The notes below the pieces were generated by a model, which saw only the letters and a list, made by a program, of their open reading frames with translations, was not told the DNA's origin and made no database searches. A stretch of 56,878 nt of DNA from the IMG/VR virus record IMGVR_UViG_3300045988_061299, one strand, 5' to 3'. The stretch's first letter is position 1; each line of letters begins with the position of its first letter. Origin of the DNA: a virus. The position numbers were made by a program, and so were the translations under genes. Below are positions 8,204 to 18,514 of the stretch, piece after piece.

Positions 8204-8428
8204 TTATTGTAAAATTAATTTATCAACTTCAATTTTAAAAGCTTCGCAATCAGCTTCGCAAATTTCTTTGTTTGCGATATATAACTCTTTGTTATTAATC
8301 GTTTGAACTATTGATGTTGAACCATCATCAGATATGTTTGCAGACAAATAAACAACTGCGATATTTTTGCCATTTTCTTCAATTGAACTTGTTCCTGACA
8401 CTGAAATACTTTTTGTAATGTTTAACAT
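8204..8428 (-). CDS. hypothetical small soluble protein (possibly DUF1659/DUF2922-like)
   Basis: 74-aa ORF with no TM segment, paired with a similar neighbour. Confidence 0.35.
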   Translation of the reverse strand: MLNITKSISVSGTSSIEENGKNIAVVYLSANISDDGSTSIVQTINNKELYIANKEICEADCEAFKIEVDKLILQ

Positions 8429-8444
8429 AACTTTTTACCTCCAA

Positions 8445-8651
8445 TTATTCTATAGATTTAAGTAACTTATTTTTAATAATCCCAACGGCATTTATGCAAC
8501 TTTCATCTGTAAGAATTACATTGCCATGTTGATTATTTTTTTTAATTTTACCTGTATCATTGTCTATTTGTGTATAAGTAAAATCTATTCTTTCCCCCTC
8601 TGCGGTTGTTTGGCTTGTAAAACTGCTAATTTTATTAACTATCATAAACAC
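8445..8651 (-). CDS. hypothetical small soluble protein (possibly DUF1659/DUF2922-like)
   Basis: 68-aa ORF with no TM segment. Confidence 0.35.
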   Translation of the reverse strand: MFMIVNKISSFTSQTTAEGERIDFTYTQIDNDTGKIKKNNQHGNVILTDESCINAVGIIKNKLLKSIE

Positions 8652-11600
8652 TCACCTCCTCTCTGTTGATATTAAGATTCTTTTCTTCATCTGCATAAGT
8701 TGTAACGTATCCTTTTTGTCTTGCTATAATCATGCAGTCAAAATATGTTTCAGGCTCTCCAAATACTGTAAAAAACTCTCGCTCTTTAACTACATATAAA
8801 TTGGACTTTTTATTAACTGCTGTAATTAAAATTTGATATTCGCAATCACAGTCTATTGTTTCAATAAATTTCCTGTTTAAATAAACGACACATTTTCCGT
8901 CACTTGCAATTTTACCCGAACAAACGTCTGCAAAATAAGCCCCTGCGGTTTCAAAAGCGTTCATTGCAACGGTGCCAAAATTTTCTGTCTGAACAATTCT
9001 GTTTTTTGTTCCAGTGCATTTAAAATTTCCGTTCCAATCAGCATATATTGCGTCATTATTCCACCCATCTTGCATTGTAAAAACTTTGTCGGATAACCAA
9101 CCTTTGATAACACCGTTTTCATTCTGTACTTGATATTGATGAAATGTAGAAACTATCTTATTGGTACTTCCTAAAAACACTGCTCCTCTATGTGTACTTT
9201 CGTTCTCATTACCAAAATATATGCCTTCAGGCTGAATTTTAATATAATTACGATTTGTCAAATCTAAAGTATAGTATTCTAATCCTGTAGTTTTTGTTTG
9301 AAATTTATCACCACTATTTCCCCACGTTTCCATTAAAATGTACGAACCTACGTCCTTGCCGCTTCCGTCAATAATAACTTTATTATATGCGTTAAGCTTA
9401 CCATCCGCCGTAACATTAAAATCATCTACATATGTCGCTGTCGCTGTCGTGTCTATATGATTAATATTTATAACCTTTGTTGATGATGTCACTGGCTTAT
9501 TAATTGCAATGCCATACGATCCGGCTGAACCACTTAATTTTGCTGAAGAAATATTCCAACCTGCAATAGTTCCACCTGTGAAATTTACAGTTCCATCTGC
9601 CGCAATCTTTGCGTTTGTGCTGTCCAGCACAAATCTGTTTGATTTAAGCGTAATAATGTCTGCACTGGCATTAATTTCGCTTATCAGCTTGTCTTTGTCT
9701 ATTTTTACCTCTAAGCTAGCCTTTGTGGCATAATTAGAGCTTACAGTTGTTAAAATCGAACTGGCTGATTGATTTATTGCAGAATTCACTTGCGTTGTTG
9801 TACTGTATGCTGTAAATTTTTCATCTGTGTCTTCCGGTGCTGGCGTCCAATCTGTGGCTTTGTTGCCGAGTTCAAGTTTAGGATGTTTATAGTATGTATA
9901 ATCACCTCTCGCTGTTGGTTTGACACCTAAATATACAGTTATTGTTTCAGCACCAGACGGTACTGTAAATTTGATTGTAAAGTATCCTTCAGACACATCT
10001 TTCTGTACAATAATGTTATTAGTTCCGCCTTTATAATATCTGACAACAACATATCCATTCTTTGTTCCCTTTTTATTATAACCGGAAAGAGTGTATGTTT
10101 GTTCACTTTTATCAGATGATATATACCAATACGCACTCCACCAACTACTTGTATTAGTTGTAGATATTTTAAAGTAATCATTAGAATCTTTAGTTACGGT
10201 AATATTGTTTTCTTTATGCCATTTTGTCAAATCTGCTGTATTTAACAAAAGATTTCTCCCGCCAATTTTCAAGTCACTGAATTCTTTTTTACTTGTATAA
10301 GTTTCACTTACAGTAGTTTTAAAGCCACTTAAATCAGCTGTCAGTGCTGTCATATTCGCCTGTAAAGCTGTAACTGTGCTTCCGTCTGCTTTTTCGCTTA
10401 TCTTTGTTGTATTGCTGTTTACTGTTGCCGTAAGACTTGTTAAAGATTGATTTAAAGACGTGTACTGATTGCTTATCGTCGTAACTTTTGTATCTACTGC
10501 GGAAATTGAACTATCTGTGTCCTCGGGAGCTGGTGTCCAAGGAGTTGCAAATTCTCCTTCTTCAAATTTGTAGTCCGCGATATATAACTCTGTTCCTGCT
10601 GTCACATTTGACACAAAAAATTCTGTTAATTTGCTGAATACATAATTTACAACAACTGTTGTTTTTATCTCGAACTTTTGCCATTCTGTTGAAACATTCA
10701 CTGTGCTTTTATTAAATCCCGGACTGCTGTTTCCCCACGTTACAGATATTGCTTTATTTGCCTTTAACAAACAAGATTGTGTATATACCTTTTTTTGTAA
10801 ATTCTTTTTGCTTTTTAGACTTGCAGGAATATCAATGTATGCTCCCTGTGAGCCAGCTTCCACATATGTTATCTTTCGAGCTTTTCCGGAAAGTGTGGCA
10901 TTATCAGCAACAATTTCATCTTTATGAGCTGTCGTTGTGCTCTGATACCATCCTAAATACAAATTTCCTCTTGTATAACCTGTATTTTGGAAAAGATTTC
11001 TTCCACCAATCTGCAAGCCATTCACAGCCGTAGTTATATCCTGCTGCCAAACTTTACTTGAAATCGCTCCTTGCACAGCAGTAAGCTGTGTTCCTTGCGT
11101 TGTTACAGACTTCTGTAACTCCGTAACATTTGTAGTCATGTTTTTAAACGCAACATCAAGCGTCTGTTTGTTCGCATCAACATAAATCTTACTGCTTTTC
11201 AGTGTATGGCTTCCGTCTTCGTTAATAACATTAAAAAGGCTTTCTATATTCAGCTTATTTGCCGCAATATTTGCATCTTCCTTTATCATGTCGTTACGGA
11301 TAATCTCACGTTTTACACCGTTTTCGGTTAAACCTAAAGCATCAAACATCAAGTTGCCGGATTTATCCCACACGTACATGTTATAGTCAGAATTGGCATC
11401 TTTACCTATTTGAACTCTTATAATTTTTTTATCATCTTTTATCTGTATCGTATTGTCAGCTATATCAAGATTTCCGCTTTCGCTTAAAATTTCAACAAGG
11501 TTTGTATAAATCTTCCCGCTTGTGATTTTATCTGCGGCTATACTTTCTATCATTGCAGACTTTATCTGTGCATCACCGATAAGACTTACTACAGAATTGG

Positions 11601-12930
11601 AAAACTCTGTAGTTAAAGAACCGCCGGATGCAGAACCAAACATAAGTGTATTGATATTTGCGACTTTAGCTTTTAAATCATCAACATTAAGGTTTCGGAT
11701 TTGCCCCTCTACGACTTCCATTCGTTCTATAGAAGCATATAAAAGATTTGCCTTGTCAACTGTAAGATTGTTTACCTTTAAGTAATCAACATCGCCTTTT
11801 ACGGCTGTGAGATTTGTTATTGTTGCATAAGTAATCTTGGCTGTATCTACATCTAGCTTATTGATTAACGCCTTATTAACAACTAATAAATTTGCGTAGT
11901 AACGCTCCATTTGCTTTGTTATCGGACCGCTGGCGATATTGCTGTTTTCTGTGTCAGATTGACCTATAGATGTAATGGTATCCATTAAGCCACCATCGCA
12001 TTCATGGGTTATCTGCATAATAGGTACTTTGTAATCAACACCACCCTTGTTGACAGTTATAATGTCACCTACCTCTAATCGGTAATCACCGACAAACTTA
12101 ACTGTAAGCGGTCTAAATGTAAAACCACCTATCTTTTTATAGACTTCATCAAGAATTGCTTGTGTCATAAACGGATTGGCAAAACTAAGTCCAGTTGCAC
12201 CGCTACCACTGGTAATCGTGCTAGTTTCCTTATCACCTGACTTCGTATTGTTGCATGTCAGTTTTTGTATGATAAAATCTTTACTTGTTGTGAATGTTAC
12301 GCCCTGCTGATAATACTTATGTCCGTCAAGTACATAATCGCTATCCTTATACCACCTTAATTCAAGGTTTCCATCAGAATTAATTACCGCGTTACAGCCT
12401 TGCAACATAGCCATATAACCGATAATTTCTCTGTAGGTATATCCTTGCGGCTTGTCATTGATAGTATGTGTTGTGACTATATTTGTTGCTAAAGATATAC
12501 CTAACTTACCGCATATCTCATTAAGAATAGCTTTATCTGTGTTAGGAAATGCCATATCCGAGAAGTAAGGCATATCAGCCTTATACATTCTGTCGTATGC
12601 TTCATAGCTTGTGTATTCTCCGTCACTTGTCTGCTTAGTAACTGTAAATATTCCCAACTGAATATACTTAATTTCTGTGCCGACCTTAACGCCCTCAAAT
12701 ATGGTAATTTCTTTATTTTCAAGACTTACTGTTGGCATATAAATAGAAAAGGTAACACTGCTACTACAAGTGTTACCTATCGTAATTTCGTTATTGGGAT
12801 TTATCATGTTTTGGAACTTGAAATTGTTAAGCGTTTCAGTATGTTCTTTTCCGTCAACAACATACTTAGAATAGTACCTTGCACTATTTCCCTTAACAAT
12901 CTCTGTCATAGCTGTGCTTAAATTTTTCAT
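8635..12930 (-). CDS. tail-tip / tail-fibre receptor-binding protein (1431 aa) with two duplicated CBM-like modules
   Basis: Called from its position after the tape measure gene. It has coiled-coil and beta-rich repeats. Each duplicated module starts IGGRNL and ends AT.WTPAPEDTD. Confidence 0.75.
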   Translation of the reverse strand: MKNLSTAMTEIVKGNSARYYSKYVVDGKEHTETLNNFKFQNMINPNNEITIGNTCSSSVTFSIYMPTVSLENKEITIFEGVKVGTEIKYIQLGIFTVTKQTSDGEYTSYEAYDRMYKADMPYFSDMAFPNTDKAILNEICGKLGISLATNIVTTHTINDKPQGYTYREIIGYMAMLQGCNAVINSDGNLELRWYKDSDYVLDGHKYYQQGVTFTTSKDFIIQKLTCNNTKSGDKETSTITSGSGATGLSFANPFMTQAILDEVYKKIGGFTFRPLTVKFVGDYRLEVGDIITVNKGGVDYKVPIMQITHECDGGLMDTITSIGQSDTENSNIASGPITKQMERYYANLLVVNKALINKLDVDTAKITYATITNLTAVKGDVDYLKVNNLTVDKANLLYASIERMEVVEGQIRNLNVDDLKAKVANINTLMFGSASGGSLTTEFSNSVVSLIGDAQIKSAMIESIAADKITSGKIYTNLVEILSESGNLDIADNTIQIKDDKKIIRVQIGKDANSDYNMYVWDKSGNLMFDALGLTENGVKREIIRNDMIKEDANIAANKLNIESLFNVINEDGSHTLKSSKIYVDANKQTLDVAFKNMTTNVTELQKSVTTQGTQLTAVQGAISSKVWQQDITTAVNGLQIGGRNLFQNTGYTRGNLYLGWYQSTTTAHKDEIVADNATLSGKARKITYVEAGSQGAYIDIPASLKSKKNLQKKVYTQSCLLKANKAISVTWGNSSPGFNKSTVNVSTEWQKFEIKTTVVVNYVFSKLTEFFVSNVTAGTELYIADYKFEEGEFATPWTPAPEDTDSSISAVDTKVTTISNQYTSLNQSLTSLTATVNSNTTKISEKADGSTVTALQANMTALTADLSGFKTTVSETYTSKKEFSDLKIGGRNLLLNTADLTKWHKENNITVTKDSNDYFKISTTNTSSWWSAYWYISSDKSEQTYTLSGYNKKGTKNGYVVVRYYKGGTNNIIVQKDVSEGYFTIKFTVPSGAETITVYLGVKPTARGDYTYYKHPKLELGNKATDWTPAPEDTDEKFTAYSTTTQVNSAINQSASSILTTVSSNYATKASLEVKIDKDKLISEINASADIITLKSNRFVLDSTNAKIAADGTVNFTGGTIAGWNISSAKLSGSAGSYGIAINKPVTSSTKVININHIDTTATATYVDDFNVTADGKLNAYNKVIIDGSGKDVGSYILMETWGNSGDKFQTKTTGLEYYTLDLTNRNYIKIQPEGIYFGNENESTHRGAVFLGSTNKIVSTFHQYQVQNENGVIKGWLSDKVFTMQDGWNNDAIYADWNGNFKCTGTKNRIVQTENFGTVAMNAFETAGAYFADVCSGKIASDGKCVVYLNRKFIETIDCDCEYQILITAVNKKSNLYVVKEREFFTVFGEPETYFDCMIIARQKGYVTTYADEEKNLNINREEVSVYDS

Positions 12931-12953
12931 TTTACACCGCCCTTTTGTTTGAA

Positions 12954-13337
12954 TTAATGTTCAATCATAAATTCAATGCTGTATAACTCTGCCGGGCTTA
13001 TATTTTCGCAATTATCAAAAGAATTTACAGGAAGCATTGTCATGTCAGGCACTTCAATTTCTTGTTCATTAATTTCTTTAAATTCTATTGCTAATTTTTC
13101 AAAATTTTCATCTGAAATTTTGTAGTGGTTATCTTCAATAATTGGTTCGCCTTTATCATTTTTGTCGGCATATTTCTTTTTTAAATCGTCAAAAGCCTGT
13201 AATGCCGTTTTATACGGCTCTTCCAGCGTTTTTATATTGCACATAACAGCCATAGCAATTCTGCCGCTTGTTTTATTTTGTGATAACTTATCCAAATTCT
13301 GAAATCTCTGTATTAATTCGCTTGTTTTGAGTTTCAT
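12954..13337 (-). CDS. hypothetical tail-module protein
   Basis: 127-aa ORF, called from position only. Confidence 0.4.
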   Translation of the reverse strand: MKLKTSELIQRFQNLDKLSQNKTSGRIAMAVMCNIKTLEEPYKTALQAFDDLKKKYADKNDKGEPIIEDNHYKISDENFEKLAIEFKEINEQEIEVPDMTMLPVNSFDNCENISPAELYSIEFMIEH

Positions 13338-13350
13338 GTGTAACCTCTTT

Positions 13351-13722
13351 CTATTTCTGTATTAGACTTAATTTTGCTCCGACTATTAATCCGTCCTCGT
13401 TCTTTGCTCTTGTAAGATACGGATATGTCACATCTCCTGTGTATATTGTCATTTCCTTTTGTTGACCACCTAAAAATAGGACTTGTGCTGTTGGGAATGG
13501 GTTATCTATGTCGCTTACCACATTATCAAGTATTAATGCCTGTTCACCTGTTAATGGCGGTAATTGAAGCTCTACTTTGTCTTTAATGTCCACGATTGTG
13601 CCAACCATTTCTCCATAATCGTTTCTTCCTGTATTCTTAGACCATATCTTGTTTCTGCTGTACGTGTAGCCGTTATATGCTACCGGGAATCTAACACCCT
13701 CAATCACAACTGCGTCAATCAA
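13351..13722 (-). CDS. putative small distal tail protein
   Basis: 123-aa ORF with a TTG start after GAAAGGGGTGG. Called from position between the tape measure and tail-fibre genes. Confidence 0.35.
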   Translation of the reverse strand: MIDAVVIEGVRFPVAYNGYTYSRNKIWSKNTGRNDYGEMVGTIVDIKDKVELQLPPLTGEQALILDNVVSDIDNPFPTAQVLFLGGQQKEMTIYTGDVTYPYLTRAKNEDGLIVGAKLSLIQK

Positions 13723-13744
13723 TCACACCACCCCTTTCAAGGCA

Positions 13745-13774
13745 TTAAAAAAGAACGTACCTTTCGATACGTTC
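13745..13774 (-). terminator. hairpin plus U-run directly after the lipoprotein gene
   Basis: Minus sense reads GAACGTA-tcgaaagg-TACGTTC followed by TTTTTT. Confidence 0.55.
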
Positions 13775-13803
13775 CTTGACAAGTTAATATTTTACTAAGG
13801 CAA

Positions 13804-14298
13804 TTATTTTAATAGTAGAGTTTTTACTAAAAGTTTTTTGTCGGATATAAATGGTGTTATTTCCAATGTGACATCATCTTCACTATCTCCTAACACAAAT
13901 GAAGAAGATACTGTTATAGTAACACCTTTTTGAATTTCTTTTCCGCTGTTTTTTGATTCATCATTGGCATGCCACATAGAATGTTTAATTTCAACACCAT
14001 TTTGAAAACAAGTATCATCAAAAGAATAATCAAAAACAGCATTATCATCTGAATTATTAGTAAAATCATAATAAACAACAAGCACTTTTTCACCAAAATC
14101 ATTTTCTGTCACTTCATGTTTTAGATACTTGACAGTTTTGTTTTTATAAGTAAACTCCTCGTCAGATTGACTTTTTGTTTGATTACTATTGCTAAGTTGT
14201 AGTATTGCTTTGTCTATAAGCTCATCTTGTCCGCAACCTATCAGCGTGAAAAGACAAATTGCTATTAAAGCAACTGTCAGCATTGTTTTGCACCTCAT
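13804..14298 (-). CDS. lipoprotein (DUF4352/DUF5067-like Ig-fold) embedded in the tail module
   Basis: AAGGAGG precedes the ATG at 14298. Signal peptide is MRCKTMLTVALIAICLFTLIGC with lipobox LIGC. Confidence 0.7.
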   Translation of the reverse strand: MRCKTMLTVALIAICLFTLIGCGQDELIDKAILQLSNSNQTKSQSDEEFTYKNKTVKYLKHEVTENDFGEKVLVVYYDFTNNSDDNAVFDYSFDDTCFQNGVEIKHSMWHANDESKNSGKEIQKGVTITVSSSFVLGDSEDDVTLEITPFISDKKLLVKTLLLK

Positions 14299-14358
14299 AT
14301 TAAAATACCTCCTTATCTTTTGTGCTTTTAATATATCTTTTTTTGATGTTTTTGTCAA

Positions 14359-17300
14359 TTAATATGGAAAAGCCGCTTGTCCTGTCATATTTGTATAGCT
14401 GTTAGCTTTATCTTGTACCATTGTAAATAGTTTATCTGCGTCACCTTGTAACGTTATGTTTACATTGTTGTTAGCTTCTGACATAGCGGCTACAACCGCA
14501 TTGTAAACCGCTGGATAAACTGCATTAGCAATACCTGTTGTAATTTCTTGCTGATTGGCTACCGCTGTTCTTCCGTCCATAGTGCCAACCATTTCCGGTG
14601 CAACTTCATTAGCAACGAACAATTGTCCTTTGTTTGGGAAGCCGCCGTTTGCGTACCAATCAACACTTATCTTAGGCACTTGAGGTGGCACAAGGCTGAA
14701 TTCGCCATCAATGTCAAAATGTGGCATTTTTATATGTGGGAAATTAAGCCCTAAGTTATCCCACCAATCTTTGAAATTATACCACATATTTCTCACTTTA
14801 TCGGCAAAATTTTCAATTGCCACTGAAATAGCGTGAAGTGAAGGTTTGCTATCCCACCAATTAACTACATTATTCCACTTATCTTGTATGCCTACTCTTA
14901 TTCCATCTGCCATATCACGCCATCTATCTGCCGTAAAGTAAGGTGCTACGTGATTATTCCACCAATCGTAAATTCCGGTTGTACTCCACCAAGAAGAAAA
15001 ATCAGACCATTTATCTTGCAAACTTGACTTGAAGTTATCACCTAATTCATTCCATTTTTCCTTTGTGAACCATGGTGCAACATCATTGTTCCACCAATTT
15101 ACAATAGCTGTATTTCTCCACCATTCGCCAATTTCATCCCATTTTTCTTGTGCCGCTGTTTTTATATTATCTACAGCGTTCTTTGCTTCTTGAACATATT
15201 TGCTGTCGTCAATGTGTGCTAAAAATTCTGTATTAAATTTTACTGATAATATTCCAAATGGTGAAAGAAACGATTTTAGAATTCCCGACATTCCGTATCT
15301 TTCGTAAATTTCTTGCAAAGCCCCCCACAAAAGCTTTGTGTTTGGCTTTGATAAATCAATAATCAAATCAAGTATTTTAATTGCTATTTCTCCAATGTTT
15401 ATCCCATCAAGAAATTTAACTAAATCCCTGCCTAACTCTTCTTCATTTATTGAATCTATGAAACCTCTTGTAAAATCCAATGCACCACAAATGACTTTTG
15501 TAATTATTTTTCCTGTTTGTTCCCACGGGAATGCTTTTATACCTTTACTTATTTGCTTACCTGCGTAAGTGCCTATTCCGTACCAGTCACCTTTTTTTAT
15601 GGCTTTTTCAATCTTATCCGCCCACGCAATAGCCGAATTTTCCATATTGGCAAATGCTTTATTCCAAGCCGCTTCATAATCAGCCGCCGCCTTAGTAATA
15701 TCATCTGTTAAGTCAATACTACTACCGCCACCACCGCTTGAACCCTTGCTTGAGCTTGTATCATCTTGTAATTTATTGATTTCATCAAATCCCATAAGGG
15801 ATAGCGTAGCTTTCTTTGCTGAATCTGCTACATTTTGGTATCCGTCTGAAATATCTTCTAATCCGTCAGAAGTATCTTTGTAACCACTTTGTCCGAAGCT
15901 CTCAAAGTCAATCTTAACGCCCATAAGGCTTGCAAGGTTCACTAGAAGTCGCTTGATTGCAATAGTAACGCCGTTTACAACCGGCATAACCTTTGAAAGA
16001 ATTGGAATAAACAGCTGTCCTGCTACCATTCCGACTTCTTTCATATTGTTGCTGAACTGGCGTAACATGTTACTTGGCGAGTTGATTGTATTGGCTAAAT
16101 CCCCCCACGATACTTTTGATTGGTCTAGTATAGCCAATACTCTTAACTGCTGTTTTTCCATCTGTGTCATTTCTGATACAGACTTAGAAATGCCTAAGTT
16201 ATAAGCATATGTCGCTAATGTAGCATTAGTAATATCAATACCATACTTGTATAATGCCCTTGATTGACCGATTAAGCCGCTTTGTAAGTTCTGTGCTACT
16301 GTTGAATAGTCCACATTAAAAAGTGAGCTTATATCGCCTGCAAGCATTGTCATTGACTTTGTAATAGCCGTTGTCGCTTCACCAGTCTGTCCTAACGAAT
16401 TAGTAACAGAAGCTAACTGCGAAGCATACTGCGTTATCTCTTGTATGTTAAGTCCTAAGTTTTTTGCTCCACTTTCTTCAAGCAAACCGCCTTGAACATT
16501 AACCTTAAGTCCGGATAGTTTTCCAAGAGTATCATTTACTCTATTCTGAAAACTTTCTGCGTATGCTGTTGCGTTATCATATCCGTACTTTTCATAATCC
16601 TTATCCCATTCTGAACCGATTTTACCAAATGCAACTGCTTGATAGTTAAACGCTTCAATATAATCTGTTGTTGACTTGATGGCTTCTATAAGTTTCTTAC
16701 TGCCACGAATTACCATAAAATAAGTAGCATAAAACCTGCCTATTGCACTTGCAAGACTGCCAAAGCCTTTTTTGGCTTTAGATGTACTTGAATAGGTGTT
16801 ATTCAAAGACCTTATTAAACCGTGGCTTGCGGTTCCAGCTTTGCTACCTTGACTAGCAAGATTAGCCAACGCATTAGCCATCTGTATAGTGTTTTCCTTG
16901 ACAGTCGGTGCAGAAGAAAGTTCTTCCATAACTTTCTTTAATTCAACTGCAAGCATGTTTAGATTTGAAGCTGTTTGAGCCGTTCTATTGCCTGCCGACG
17001 CTAATATACCCAATGCAGAAGCAAACTGTATTGTACTGTCTGACACAGTATCTGTTTTAGATAGAGTAGCGATAAGGTTTTTGATATTAGTTCCAAGTGG
17101 CGGCAATGCCGTGCTTGTAGCTTGAGCGTTATTACCGACGCTTGCTAATCTGGCAATAGCATTTACTATCTGTATTGTATTGTTTTCGACGCTTTTTGAA
17201 CTGCTTAATGCTGATGTAAGATTACTTACATTGTTACCTAATTGCGAAAGCCCTGCAAGTTGAGTATTAAAATTAGAATTAGATAACCTTGTAAGAGCAT

Positions 17301-17652
17301 TAATAAAATTAGTTAATCCCTTATTCTCAAAAGAAACGCTGCTAATAGCTGTTACTCCATTTGCCAAAGGGATAAAGGTGTTGGATAACTGACTAATTTT
17401 AGAACTGTCAATTTTACTGAATTTATCAATATTTTTAACAATCCTATTAAAATCAGTACTTTTTATTCTGCTAAAATCCTTTACGCTGCTACCTAATGTA
17501 TTAACATTATTCGCCAGCCCAGTTAGTGAAGAATCATTAACACTTGACAGCGTATCTGAAAGCTTTCCAAGACATATTATTAATTTTTCAACCGAATCAA
17601 CAGCTGGTTTTGATATACCTTTAATTTTGACTTCAAGGCTGTCTAGTTCCAC
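14359..17652 (-). CDS. tape measure protein
   Basis: 1097 aa with helical repeats. C-terminal repeats follow the W..W... pattern (DKWSDFSSWW, WWNN). It follows the chaperone genes. Confidence 0.85.
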   Translation of the reverse strand: MELDSLEVKIKGISKPAVDSVEKLIICLGKLSDTLSSVNDSSLTGLANNVNTLGSSVKDFSRIKSTDFNRIVKNIDKFSKIDSSKISQLSNTFIPLANGVTAISSVSFENKGLTNFINALTRLSNSNFNTQLAGLSQLGNNVSNLTSALSSSKSVENNTIQIVNAIARLASVGNNAQATSTALPPLGTNIKNLIATLSKTDTVSDSTIQFASALGILASAGNRTAQTASNLNMLAVELKKVMEELSSAPTVKENTIQMANALANLASQGSKAGTASHGLIRSLNNTYSSTSKAKKGFGSLASAIGRFYATYFMVIRGSKKLIEAIKSTTDYIEAFNYQAVAFGKIGSEWDKDYEKYGYDNATAYAESFQNRVNDTLGKLSGLKVNVQGGLLEESGAKNLGLNIQEITQYASQLASVTNSLGQTGEATTAITKSMTMLAGDISSLFNVDYSTVAQNLQSGLIGQSRALYKYGIDITNATLATYAYNLGISKSVSEMTQMEKQQLRVLAILDQSKVSWGDLANTINSPSNMLRQFSNNMKEVGMVAGQLFIPILSKVMPVVNGVTIAIKRLLVNLASLMGVKIDFESFGQSGYKDTSDGLEDISDGYQNVADSAKKATLSLMGFDEINKLQDDTSSSKGSSGGGGSSIDLTDDITKAAADYEAAWNKAFANMENSAIAWADKIEKAIKKGDWYGIGTYAGKQISKGIKAFPWEQTGKIITKVICGALDFTRGFIDSINEEELGRDLVKFLDGINIGEIAIKILDLIIDLSKPNTKLLWGALQEIYERYGMSGILKSFLSPFGILSVKFNTEFLAHIDDSKYVQEAKNAVDNIKTAAQEKWDEIGEWWRNTAIVNWWNNDVAPWFTKEKWNELGDNFKSSLQDKWSDFSSWWSTTGIYDWWNNHVAPYFTADRWRDMADGIRVGIQDKWNNVVNWWDSKPSLHAISVAIENFADKVRNMWYNFKDWWDNLGLNFPHIKMPHFDIDGEFSLVPPQVPKISVDWYANGGFPNKGQLFVANEVAPEMVGTMDGRTAVANQQEITTGIANAVYPAVYNAVVAAMSEANNNVNITLQGDADKLFTMVQDKANSYTNMTGQAAFPY

Positions 17653-17666
17653 GATTTAACCCCCTT

Positions 17667-18158
17667 TTATAGGATTGTTGGCGGTAGCCCTCTCTTTTCA
17701 GTCTGTGCCGCCCATTTTTGCTCATTGAGTAACATCAGCTGTAACTCCTTATCATATGTATCTTCTTTGCTTTCTTCTGTTTTTTCTGATAAAATAGCTT
17801 GTTTAGGATATTCAATGTGTAAATCTTTATTAAATGCCGCACCTATTCCGCAAGAAATGGCTGGAATTGCGTAAACTAAAAACCAGTTATACATTTCTGA
17901 ATCGCGATTTTGCTTATCAATTTTTTTGCCTTTTGCGTATAGTAATAATTTTGTAGGTGTCATTTTTACAAAGTCCGAATAACTAACGCCTAGTGAACTG
18001 GCTAAGACAAAGTATTCTTCCCAGATTATTTTGTGGAAGTCTGTTTCTTTAAGTGGTCTTGTGGTACTACTGTTGGCTTCTTCTGCTCCTGTTCCATCTC
18101 TTCTACATTGTTCGCCATTTCCTCTAGCATTGCCGTTATTCCGCTCAACTCGAAAAAA
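17667..18158 (-). CDS. -1 frame extension of the tail assembly chaperone (T part of the G/GT pair)
   Basis: The -1 frame is open from 18161 down to 17667 and overlaps the 3' end of the G ORF. Confidence 0.6.
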   Translation of the reverse strand, partial: FFRVERNNGNARGNGEQCRRDGTGAEEANSSTTRPLKETDFHKIIWEEYFVLASSLGVSYSDFVKMTPTKLLLYAKGKKIDKQNRDSEMYNWFLVYAIPAISCGIGAAFNKDLHIEYPKQAILSEKTEESKEDTYDKELQLMLLNEQKWAAQTEKRGLPPTIL

Positions 18159-18514
18159 CCATCATCTTCCATCGCTTTCTTGATTTCCTCGAACAATGCT
18201 CTGTATCCGTAACTCTTATCCGTCTTTCTCTTCTCTGTAATATATGCTCTAGTAAGTTCCTTTGCTTCATCCATAGTTACAGGGTTATTGTCAATACAAC
18301 CTGCATAAATGGCTAAAATGCAAATCTCTGGCACATCTGCTGTCATATTTGCTAATCCATCAAAAGAAGCCTGTGCAACACTTTTATCTGTCTGTGCAAG
18401 TAAGTAAGAACCATTGACAACAGAAAACATTTTCTGCACTATCTCTTTGCACTCTGCCGCACCAAAAGAGAACTCAACTTTGTATTCTTTTCCATTTACA
18501 TTAATATTCATCAT
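18026..18514 (-). CDS. tail assembly chaperone (G-like)
   Basis: Lies between the major tail protein and tape measure genes. Start is ATGATG after GGAAAGGG. The C-terminus is acidic. Confidence 0.65.
   Translation of the reverse strand: MMNINVNGKEYKVEFSFGAAECKEIVQKMFSVVNGSYLLAQTDKSVAQASFDGLANMTADVPEICILAIYAGCIDNNPVTMDEAKELTRAYITEKRKTDKSYGYRALFEEIKKAMEDDGFFELSGITAMLEEMANNVEEMEQEQKKPTVVPQDHLKKQTSTK
18152..18158 (-). promoter_or_regulatory. candidate -1 slippery heptamer T_TTT_TTC
   Basis: The zero frame reads GGT TTT TTC. The -1 frame stop TGA lies immediately 5' of the site. Confidence 0.5.

Noticed and set aside
8635-12930. A diversity-generating retroelement acting on the duplicated tail-fibre modules.
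   Set aside because: There is no reverse transcriptase gene and no template repeat with adenine-specific differences anywhere in the window.
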